Assembly (NCBI RefSeq): GCF_964204645.1
Contig: NC_134027.1
Location: 682,001-746,000 of the forward strand
Source: Tubulanus polymorphus
Lineage: Eukaryota > Animalia > Nemertea
Length of the DNA: 64,000 nt
Reading direction: 5' to 3'
Position 1 is the stretch's first letter; each line of letters starts with the position of its first letter. The notes beneath the pieces are model-generated. The model was not told where the DNA came from. It ran no database searches and saw only the letters and a list, made by a program, of their open reading frames with translations. The position numbers were made by a program, and so were the translations under genes. Below, in pieces: positions 35,961-47,056 of the stretch.

Positions 35961-36542
35961 GACCATTGAGGCAAGCGAGGATGGTTGCGTGACTTATCGA
36001 AATGTTCGCTTGCCACAGCAGGAATACCGTCCAATGTAATAAGTGTTTATGTATTAATTGTAGGAATGCCTGGTGATGTAGATCAAGTTCACAGAAACTG
36101 AAAACAGAAAGAAACCTGGCGGAATCTATTGTGTATAAATAAATATATTTATTATCGTGTTGTGTTGTTTATTCTGAGTGCGATCTGTGGTGATTCAACC
36201 ACTTGGTCCTCTCAAGTTTTTTCCCCATCCAAATTTTTGAATCCGTTTGCGCCGTTTTGACTGAAGTGACCTTTAAATTTGTATTAGTTCTAAGACTTAG
36301 ACAGGTCTTAAATTCTTTCAGTTGCGGCCACCTCTCGACAAAAATCTATTGTACTAATCCTTAATAACTTATAATCGCATGCGTCGAAAGGTAGCTGTCA
36401 TAGATGGAATTAGAGATATAATCAGTGTCTAAGATGAATACAATTGCGTTTAATTTGAAACTGCTAAACAGTTGCAGTAAGAGTTAAATAACGATCATCG
36501 CTGTATCTATGCTTGTGATGATTGTTCCACTCTCAGTAATTA

Positions 36543-36730
36543 CAGAGCTGCCAACTGTTACTGATTGCCAGTATTAGTTAGTATTTTATAACGAGAAATA
36601 CTGATCTGATTTGTGAAGGTCTTGCCGTTGATTACTGATTAATTGAACATTCCTTTCATATTTCAATGAAACGTTACTGAAAAAAATTCAATTTGCTACT
36701 GATAGGACTTTTCAAAGGTTGGCAGCCCTG
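36543..36730. mobile_element. Second copy of the same hAT-like MITE
   Basis: TAATTA|CAGAGCTGCCAAC...GTTGGCAGCCCTG|TAGTTA; internal sequence homologous to 33019-33165. Confidence 0.7.
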
Positions 36731-36816
36731 TAGTTATCTTGGTCTCGCAACTTTACCACCTCAGTACCGGCGACGCTTCACTCGTAATCCTCGCCTTCCA
36801 TTCCGCGCATTTAGCT

Positions 36817-36912
36817 ATCCTCGCTTGCCGGGGTTTAATTGGTTCTGCCCAATCAGATGCGTTGTTTTTCTACCAATAAGGGGCGCCAATTTAAACCCCG
36901 GCAAGCGAGGAT
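36817..36912. repeat. Short inverted repeat / mini-MITE
   Basis: ATCCTCGCTTGCCGGGGTTTAATTGG / CCAATTTAAACCCCGGCAAGCGAGGAT. Confidence 0.7.
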
Positions 36913-37084
36913 TAATTTGTCAGCGTTGCCACCGTTAGCTCCAGTACTGTGCCATTGTCAGTTAGACTGGGTCTGAAATGGTGGTGGCAAGCTGCAGGTC
37001 TGGACTGCGCGACCAACATTTTCCGTTCCTACATCCGAAATCTACACGTTTTCTTGTAGACTGGTTGCTGGTTGCTAGTTTACA

Positions 37085-38245
37085 TTAGACTGGTTGCCGG
37101 TCTCTTCCTGTAGACCGTTTACCGGTCTCTATCTTTCATTAGAGACTTGTTGTGCCCATCCTCCATTTTACATTTTCGATGCATGTCAAATAAGGTCAAA
37201 CATGTTAAGTAGCAAGTTACTTCCTGGTTAAGATGGCGTCTCTTCGAATCTGCTTGGCTTCGAGCGATATTAAAATTGCCCTTTATAATGGACGGAAAGA
37301 CATTAATTGCTAAGTATCAGATAAATCCGCTGATAATTTACCTGGTACTCGAAATACCGACTAACAAGGATCGAAATCTAATGCGAGGTGAGCTCTGCCG
37401 CGACCGTCACTGAATACAGAACATTCTGAAGGAACAGAGGACATCCTTCCTATAACTACCGTTCGTGGGATGTATTTAGTGAATTGATGTTTTAATACAG
37501 TGTTGTAAAATGACTATATTTAGTATCTGAATAGAGTTTACAATTGCTGAACTCCTTAGTGCTTTGTTAGATCAGATATTTGGATCCACCTCAGCCTACT
37601 GATTTCCTGATACAGACAGCAAGTTGGGACAGTCAAATTAAGAGATTTGGTCAAGACAAGTTACTCAGATCACACTGGAAATTCGCAATATCCTCTCTCC
37701 TCATGGACCACACATTGTCAATGTTGACTTTGCTAGAAATCGATTATAAAATTCACCACGACCAATTCTTTTTCACTGAATTCAATATTTATTGTTCACT
37801 TCTGGTACAAAATCTTGTTCAGCCCCTGACAAGAGAATAAACAATGACACTACGTATTTCATGACATAGAACAGTAGTTTTTTTTTCATCGACAAATTGG
37901 GACGATCCTGATATCCCTGATTTGAATGATAGTGTCTTTAGAATCATAAAGACCATGTCTCGACCAGACAGATAATCCAATCACAATTCAAATTGAAGGC
38001 TCGCTAGTGCAGTTATTCACAGAATCCAGCTCTTTAAACCTCATCAGTTTATCAGAATCGAAGAGTTTCACCGCCTGTTATTTGGAATTTCATTTCATGA
38101 CAGCTAGTGCTGATTCTTTATTCTCTTTGATTACTGCATGATGTTATCATTCTGAAATTAAAATACATATCACACTTATAATTAAACCTGGATTGACTTT
38201 ACAAATTTATGGTTCAGAATCCATTTTTCAAACTTACCTTGATTA
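37085..38245. repeat. Old ~1.15-kb direct duplication, copy 1 (partner 41155-42285)
   Basis: Shared blocks AGACTGGTTGCCGGTCTC, CCCATCCTCCATTTTACATTTTC, TCCAGCTCTTTAAACCTCATCA, AATTAAACCTGGATTGACTTT, CATTTTTCAAACTTACC. Confidence 0.85.
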
Positions 38246-41154
38246 GCATTTGATTCTCTATATATCGTCAGAACATGGACTCAGAGTGTTTCTTTAATGG
38301 TTAAGAATGTCTCTTTAACCAACATCCCCCTAGCCTGCTTCCTACATATCCCTTCCCTTTCCTCCTGATTACCTTTGATCCCCACTGCCTAGCAGCTAAC
38401 AGCTGCTGCTATTTTATCTGGTTTACATGTTTTGCAAATAGTGTCTGTTATGCTATAGTTGTTCTTTTAATTGTTTAACTTCTTCATCTGAAAATTTCAG
38501 TTTCACGCAGGAAATGGTTCATGAAAATCTGCATTGAGACTGGGACGAAATGTGCATTGAGACGGATGAAATCTGCATGAACAGAGATATACTTTAAGAT
38601 CCCCATTTTATCCATCGGAGTGAATGTACATCCACTACTCACAGGTAGCAAACCTACAAACGCTAAACACTCATCCCTGGGCCCTGATTCAAAAATAAAA
38701 ATAAAAGATTAAATTAAGAATTAACAATTTTATGAATCAGTGATCAGTTTCATAAAATAAGTCCTAAATTAATTTTAGGGGTTTATTATTTCATATTGAA
38801 ATGAATTCTTCATGTTTATGCAATTCTCATCATCTTTCATTGCAGCATTTATATATTCATTTTTAATCATACATGTGAAATATATAATGTATTTTCAGGG
38901 AAACGTAAACAAGAAAGGAAGGGAAGAAAGAGAAGGGAAGAAAGAGTTGGATGATTAATGCGCACTTATTCTCCATTCCGAATTCCTGTATTCGACTCTA
39001 GGTGATCATCATACGAACGAGATATAGAAAAAAAACATTACTGAAGTCATCTCTATTTTTTAGTCTCAATTTGTATTTCTAATTCAATTTACTAAGTGTG
39101 TAAGTCATCATTTGGAAGTGTAAGTCATAATTTGGATAAATCGTCACATTACTGAAGTCATCCCTATTTTTTAGTCTCAATTTGTATTCAGTTTACTTCA
39201 GATAACGTAATTTGGTTTAATCACAAGTCGTCAACATTATAATCAATGTAACTACAGTGACTACATTATTGTCCTTTTATTGAGAAATTTATGTTAATTT
39301 TTGATTTCTGGGATAAATCAAAATTCAAATGTTATCATTTTTTGTATCAAAAATTGTAAACAATTGAATAACTTGTGTGCTATTGAAACATTCAGTTATG
39401 GTTAGTTTTTAGCTCAGAAAACTTTGAGCCTGTTTATACAAGTGTTGTAACAAGTGTTGAACAATTCAAAGATCATGTTTTTTATACTTTGTCATGTTAG
39501 AAAAAATGTTTTCTAGTATATTGATGTTTCTAAAAAAACATATGATTCAACTTTAAAAGGCCAACAAGCCTTCTAATAAAACTAGTTTGTCATATATATA
39601 TTACTTGGTCATTGTCAAGTTTTTTAAAAAATATTTTGGTTTTCTCAGCTTTCTCTGGTGGAAATTTCTTCGTGGAATTCCTCTTCTATACAAGTTCCTC
39701 CTCAGACTGTTTTTATGCGAGAGTTTATAACAACCGGATCCTCAGAAAATGGTCGGAGTGCCAAGTCTTCGATTTAAGATCACCAGTCTTATCTGAGACC
39801 ATAAGTTCACTAGCAAGTTTCACTAGCGATTCCAACAGCTATAGGATGGAACAGTATTATTATATAGGTCACCACTGTGCAATTGAGCCCAGATCATCAG
39901 AAAAAGATAGTGAAGATGTGATGGGATTCATTGAAAATTTTGCATATATAATTAATTCATTGAACTACTTAATTTGTATGATTTATTTTTTGGGAATTTT
40001 CGAATTTGTCATCAATAACTAGTATATATTTCTTTTCAAGTTGTGAGCGATCTAGTTCTCTGTCGACCCATTGAAAATGAATCGACTCTGACCTGTAGAA
40101 CTGGACCCAGGGAGCTGAATCTCGCGTGCCACAGCAAGATACAGAGCTCTTCAATGTCTTAACCTTCAGGTGCTGCCCCTAAACAAATCAATAGCGGTAA
40201 ATCTGTGAACTAACTTATAGCTCGCTTGCCAGAGTAGAATCATAGCGAGCTGTCTAAAATCTTGAACCGTCTAGTGCTGCCACTTAATCGATATGTATCG
40301 GAAAAGTGAATTTATTACTCGCATGCCACAGTAGTTGTGTAGTTGGAACATCATGATAGACTCGTTTTTCTGTGCAGCTATAACGGGAACTATTTCAGAT
40401 CTGACAATGAATATAAACTCAATCACAGTTCGATAACAAACGCCGCTGGGTGGAATCGATGTAAACAAATAATCGTGTTGAAATTGAATTTAGTTTAAGA
40501 TATATTTTCGTGGTAGTTTTTATTTTCAAGCTGTTTACGTTCACTTCAAATGATGAAACGATGAAACTATATTAAATACATCCCTGTTTTAGTGGGGATT
40601 TTGAGTTTTGGTCCTTTCCGTATCTTCTAGAAACATCAAGTAGAAAGGCATTAACTGAACCCTATGTCTTTAACTTCAGGAGTCTATGGAGTTTTCGGAT
40701 GCCTCTTTTCCTCACTTCTTGCATTCGTCACCATTAGAAATCTGGACAAACTGAATTCAGTTCGACGAGGCCGAAGAACAGAAGACCAAAGAGTGATCTG
40801 CACTAGCCGCAGGGTTCGTGTTGGCTTGAATCGGTGGGAGGCAATCAAACCCCGACACGTGAAGATGTCATCCTCAAAAATAAGGATACCGGGACGCTTC
40901 TCTGGTTTACGATGATTAGTCTGCAGGGATAACTCTTCGGCGGGGCGTGATCGCGTGAATAGCCCAAACTAAACCTTCAGAGTTCACTGTACTACAGCAT
41001 ACAACATCTGATAACTTGCATAATAAAGCGCGGCGTGCATGAAAAGAATTGTATAAATGCGGGCAAGATTCCGTGCCCTGGCAATCGAACGCCAGAGTGG
41101 AGGTATTCCATACACTGGTAGGTGAGTCGGAGCATAGACTGTTTGCCTGTCCCA

Positions 41155-42285
41155 TAGACTGGTTGCCGGTCTCTACCTTCAGTTAGAGACCGGTTGATCC
41201 CATCCTCCATTTTACATTTTCCATGCATGTCAAACATGTCAGTATCGAGTTACTTCCGGGTTAAAATGGCGTCTCATCGAATAAGCGAAACTAGGAGTAA
41301 TATCAAAATCGCGCTGGAATGATTGATTACAGTAAATCAGCTGATTATCTATGAATCATAAATGTAAACAGCAAACAAAAGGAAATTTAAAGACCGAAGA
41401 ATAGGCATTAATTGCTGTAAGTATCGAAATAATCCGCTGATATTTACTCGGAATTCAAACTGACAACTGAATTGATACTTATTCATTTTGTAGGTAAGAA
41501 AAAGGGCTCAGCCGCGATAGTCATTCTGAAGGAACTTGGCCGAAGGGGGACATGCTTTCTTTATAAACCGTATGTGAAATATATTCAGTGAATTGTTTTG
41601 TTAATGATGTGAAAATCACTAAAGTCTGAATAAAGTTTACAATAGTTGAACTCCTTTGTCAGTGTTTTGCGAGATCAGATATTTGGATCCACTGCAGCAT
41701 CTTCACTTATATTCTCGATACAGACAATGAGTTGGGACAGACTTGGGTAAGACCAATAATTCAGATCATCTGGATATTCACAATATTTTCCTCTCCTCAT
41801 GGACCAACATGATTTTTGCTAGAAATTGAGTATAAAATCGATCAAGAAAAACTCTTTTTTACAGCCATTCTATATTTATTGTCCACTTCTAGTACAAAAT
41901 CTAATTCAATATAAAGACAGCCTGACAAGACGATACATATTTTGTGACATTGCAAATTGTGTGACAACAGAATGACTCTGATATCTCTAACTTAACTCGA
42001 ATCACAAAGACCAAGTCTTGACCAGACAGTAGGTCTAAATCCATGCTCGCTCGTGTAGTTATTCATAAATTCCAGCTCTTTAAACCTCATCATCTCAGAA
42101 TCAAGGAGTTTCATCGTTATTTGGAATCTAATTTCATGACGATTAGTGCTGGATTCGTTAATCTCTTTGATTCGTGATTGACGTTACTTTCTGAAATTGA
42201 ATCAATACACATATCACCAACAATTAAACCTGGATTGACTTTTCAATTCATGTCCCATCCATTTTTCAAACTTACCATGATACAA
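41155..42285. repeat. Old ~1.15-kb direct duplication, copy 2
   Basis: Homologous to 37085-38245 with many substitutions and indels. Confidence 0.85.
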
Positions 42286-42869
42286 CGACAATTCATTCTG
42301 TGCACGTTGAGCTCATTCAATTTAATATTGAGTTGTATCTCAGAAAATCATCATCAGAACACACACAATGACCTACAAATAGACAATCAACAGAATATTT
42401 ATAAATAAGTATTCATTTACTGTTCACAAGTTTTAAAAGACATTGTCATTGAAGTGAAGTTACCTGTCGTATAATATTTTCACCACACTGTCACTGAAAT
42501 TGACTGCTAATGTCCAGTGTCACATTCAGAATAATCAATCAATCATCTTAAGTGAACTGACAAATTGCCGGTGTCGTGGCCTCTGCTGCATGGCTGTTTC
42601 AGTTCAGTACGTCAGTCAGTGGAGATTGGTTGTTCCATCTCAAGTTCGTTGTTGTTGTCGATTGACGACAGTTCATTCGAGCAGGGTAGATTTTGACGGC
42701 GCTGTAACGGAGACATCTTGAATTGTATATCGATATTTTCGAAGCCACACGTAGTACAGGTGCCCGCAGAAAGGTTACCTGATAGTTTTGGTCGAGTTTC
42801 TTTCTTCATTGGTGTAAAAATCGACTTTTAAGCGGTCCATGGAACGTAAATCGAGACACTCTGGAGGCG

Positions 42870-43673
42870 GCCATGTTACATTGTTCACGTGATGAAATAC
42901 TGAAATCTGATTGGATCCGTACATTCCGTGGAAGATGGCGGACGGGTTAAACCTGTCCTATTCTGACTGCGCATGCAGGTGGCGCAGAATTGGACAGGCG
43001 ACCAGTCTACCTGTCCCATAGAGACCGGTAACCAGTCTAGCCACCTCACGATCAGTCTACATTGAAAAACCATTACTGAAATATGGTTGACGGAAATATT
43101 CATTTTATATCAGATTCTGAAATATTTTCCCATATTGATTACAAAATTTCTTCTTATCTTAATAAGATAAATCTGCAAAAGCTCAACAATTTGAATTAGT
43201 GAAAACCGATGTGCGAAGTCGTCAATTCAGTAGCCTGATAGAGCCCGGTAACCAGTCTAACTGTCAATGTTCATTGCGCGGGAATGAACGGGCAACCAGT
43301 CTACGATGAAAAATCATTTCTGAAAAATTATGAACGGAGATATTCATTTTACTTTGAATTTTGAATTATCTTATAAAACTGACAGCCATATTAACCAAAG
43401 TATTAATAGTAAATCTGATAAAATCTAATACCGGTTTTAGAATAGGTGAAAACTGATTTATGTGATGCCGTCGGTTCAGAAGACTGATCCGTAGAATCGT
43501 TCGCCACTTTCTTCCGGTCCACTTACTTCCGCGTTTGTGATTTACATACAAGTAGTTTGAATGTTAAATGTATTAAGCCGCGTGTTGATTGGTTGAGGTC
43601 AGTGCGGTTTACTGAACGATGACCAGCTGTCAGCTGATCGAATCATTCGTTTCACAGACATTACGACGTAAGT
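42870..43673. promoter_or_regulatory. Putative (bidirectional) promoter and non-coding first exon of the orphan gene
   Basis: YY1-like AAGATGGCGG (~42932) and AACATGGCCGCC (minus strand, ~42877), ETS-like CTTCCGG/ACTTCCG (43511-43531), reverse CCAAT GATTGG (~43587), Inr-like TCATTC (43643) and donor GAC|GTAAGT at 43667/43668. Coding exon 1 (acceptor 47053) needs an upstream exon. Confidence 0.45.
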
Positions 43674-44112
43674 ATATTTTACATCTTTGATCAAAAATTG
43701 TTGTGAAAAAAACTCAAAACTAAAGCCTCTATAAATGATCGATTGACTTTAAATGATTACTTTAGCACAGCTCTTGTAGACAATGATTAGGTGTCATAGT
43801 AGTTTAGCTCGAAAGTGCACATATAAGGTTAATTTTCATCCGTTATTTAGAGACCGAGGTATTGAGCGTCCATTTCAGCCCTTAAAACATCATCAACCTA
43901 CCTCAAACTGACTGTTTTTAAATCCAGCAATAGTTACCTAACTATTGACTCATCATGGATTCGATTCAAAAACAATTTTTGATGATCATAGTGATTCGAA
44001 ACATTTGAATTTTTGAAAAACGCGAATGCTAAACGACGGATCCGGACTTCGATTGCGGCCCAATGGCAGAGTTGATTTTCTTATTTGGAATTTGATTATT
44101 TTTCTTATTTGG

Positions 44113-46075
44113 AGGTTAGATTGCTGTTTTTGGGTTAGATCGCTGTTTTTGTGTTAGATCGCTGTTTTTGGGTTAGATCACTGTTTTTGTGTTAGATCGC
44201 AGTTTTGTGTTAGATCGCTGTTTTAGGTTAGATCGCTGTTTTTAGGTTAGATCACAGTTTTTAGGTTACATTGCAGTATTTATGTTAGACCGCAGTTTTT
44301 TTTGTTAGATCGCAGTTTTTAAGTTAGATCGCTGTTTTGGGTTAGATCACAGTTTTTGTGTTAGATCGCTGTTTTTGTGTTAGATTGCTGTTTTTGTGTT
44401 AGATCGCAGTTTTGTGTTAGATCGCTGTTTTAGGTTAGATCGCTGTTTTAGGTTAGATCACAGTTTTTAGGTTACATTGCAGTTTTTGGGTTAGACCGCA
44501 GTTTTTTTGTTAGATCGCAGTTTTTAAGTTAGATTGCTGTTTTGGGTTAGATCACAGTTTTTGTGTTAGATCGCTGTTTTTGGGTTAGATCACTGTTTTT
44601 GTGTTAGATAGCTGTTTTTAGGTTAGATTGCTGTTTTTGGGTTAGATCGCTGTTTTTGTGTTAGATCGCTGTTTTTGGGTTAGATCGCTGTTTTGGGTTA
44701 GATCACAGTTTTTGGGTTAGATCGCTGTTTTGGGTTAGATCACAGTTTTTGTGTTAGATCGCTGTTTTTGGGTTAAATTGCTGTTTTTGTGTTAGATCAT
44801 TGTTTTTTGTGTTAGATCGCAGTTTTTAGGTTAGATCGCAGTTTTTGTGTTAGATCGCATTTTTGTGTTAGATCACTGGTTTTTTGTAAGATCGTAGTTT
44901 TTAGGTTAGATCGCTGTTTTGTGTTAGATCGCTGTATTTAGGTTAGATCGCAGTTTTTGTGTTAGATTGCTGTTTTTGTGTTAGATCACAGTTTTTAGGT
45001 TACATTGCAGTTTTTGGGTTAGACCGCAGTTTTTTTGTTAGATCGCAGTTTTTAAGTTAGATTGCTGTTTTGGGTTAGATCACAGTTTTTGTGTTAGATC
45101 GCTGTTTTTGGGTTAGATCACTGTTTTTGTGTTAGATAGCTGTTTTTAGGTTAGATTGCTGTTTTTGGGTTAGATCGCTGTTTTTGTGTTAGATCGCTGT
45201 TTTTGGGTTAGATCGCTGTTTTGGGTTAGATCACAGTTTTTGGGTTAGATCGCTGTTTTGGGTTAGATCACAGTTTTTGTGTTAGATCGCTGTTTTTGGG
45301 TTAAATTGCTGTTTTTGTGTTAGATCATTGTTTTTTGTGTTAGATCGCAGTTTTTAGGTTAGATCGCAGTTTTTGTGTTAGATCGCATTTTTGTGTTAGA
45401 TCACTGGTTTTTTGTTAGATCGTAGTTTTTAGGTTAGATCGCTGTTTTGTGTTAGATCGCTGTATTTAGGTTAGATCGCAGTTTTTGTGTTAGATCACTG
45501 TTTTTGTGTAAGATAGCAGTTTTTAGGTTAGATCCCAGTTTTTGAGTTAGATCACCGTTTTGGGTTAGATCACAGTTTTTGTGTTAGATCGCAGTATTTA
45601 GGTTAAATTGCTGTTTTAAGGTTAGATCGCAGTTTTTTGTGTTAGATCGCAGTTTTTTGTTAGATCGCATTTTTTGGGTTAGACCGCAGGTTTTAGGTTA
45701 GATCGCAGTTTTTAGGTTAGAACACTGTTTTTCTGTTAGATCGCAGTTTTTTGTTAGATCGCTGTTTTTAGGTTAGATCGCAGTTTTTGTGTTAGATCGC
45801 AGTTTTTAGGTTAGATCGCAATTTTTTGTGTAAGATCGCAGTTTTTTATGTCGCTGTTTTTGGGTTAGAAAGCTGTTTTTGTGTTAGATTGGTGTTTTTA
45901 GGTTAGATCACTATTTTTGTGTTAGATCGCTGTTTTTGTGTTAGATCGCTGTTTTTGGGTTAGCTCGCTGTTTTTGAGTTAGATCGATGTTTTTGTGTTA
46001 GATCGCTGTTTTTGTGTTAGATCGCTGTTTTTGGGTTAGCTCGCTGTTTTTGTGTTAGATCATGTTTTTGTGTTT
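44113..46075. repeat. 19-bp satellite (about 100 copies) with a ~528-bp higher-order duplication
   Basis: Unit GTTAGATCGCTGTTTTTGT. The variant string starting GTTACATTGC at 44471 recurs at 44999 with the same following variants. Confidence 0.95.
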
Positions 46076-46123
46076 TTGTCAATCATCATATCAAGATTTG
46101 CAATCCCAGTTGCCTTCACGTTT

Positions 46124-46984
46124 CATATAGAGAATTAGTGGATGTGGTGTCCCTGGACCCCTACATGCATTATATAGAGAATTAGTGGATGTGGTGTCCC
46201 TGGACCCCTACATGCATCATATAGAGAATTAGTGGATGTGGTGTCCCCGGACCCCTACATGCATCATATAGAGAATTAGTGGATGTGGTGTCCCTGGACC
46301 CCTACATGCACCATATAGAGAATTAGTGGATGTGGTGTCCCTGGACCCCTACATGCACCATATAGAGAATTAGTGGATGTGGTGTCCCTGGACCCCTACA
46401 TGCATCATATAGAGAATTAGTGGATGTGGTGTCCCTGGACCCCTACATGCACCATATAGAGAATTAGTGGATGTGGTGTCCCTGGACCCCTACATGCACC
46501 ATATAGAGAATTAGTGGATGTGGTGTCCCTGGACCCCTACATGCATCATATAAAGAATTAGTGGATGTGGTGTCCCTGGACCCCTACATGCACCATATAG
46601 AGAATTAGTGGATGTGGTGTCCCTGGACCCCTACATGCACCATATAGAGAATTAGTGGATGTGGTGTCCCTGGACCCCTACATGCATCATATAAAGAATT
46701 AGTGGATGTGGTGTCCCTGGACCCCTACATGCATCATATAAAGAATTAGTGGATGTGGTGTCCCTGGACCCCTACATGCACCATATAGAGAATTAGTGGA
46801 TGTGGTGTCCCTGGACCCCTACATGCACCATATAGAGAATTAGTGGATGTGGTGTCCCTGGACCCCTACATGCATCATATAAAGAATTAGTGGATGTGGT
46901 GTTCCTGGACCCCTACATGCACCATATAGAGAATTAGTGGATGTGGTGTCCCTGGACCCCTACATGCACCATATAAAGAATTAG
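46124..46984. repeat. 47-bp tandem repeat (about 18 copies), upstream of coding exon 1 of copy B
   Basis: Same unit as 1-245. Confidence 0.96.
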
Positions 46985-47056
46985 TTCACTGAACCAGAAT
47001 AAGACTGACTGATATATTTTCAAATGATTTAATATTTTTACTTGTTTTTCTAGATA

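Larger units (their letters stand above)
32400..36160 (+). ncRNA. Putative multi-exon non-coding transcript (or exon-array pseudogene) built from about 12 diverged paralogous mini-exons
   Basis: Repeated TCATTTCAG|TGTCC...TG|GTATGT cassettes (32532-32602, 32700-32789, 32875-32960, 33210-33310, 33418-33492, 33579-33625, 33722-33829, 33930-33971, 34069-34142, 34200-, 34338-34434, 34501-). Those checked contain stop codons. Possible terminal exon from 36064 with AATAAA at 36138 and a GT-rich downstream element. Confidence 0.45.

Noticed and set aside
39612-41237. Cluster of 60-136-aa ORFs in moderately GC-rich sequence
   Set aside because: No recognisable motifs, mostly non-ATG starts and no consistent splice chain; possibly decayed TE sequence but unsupported without a search.
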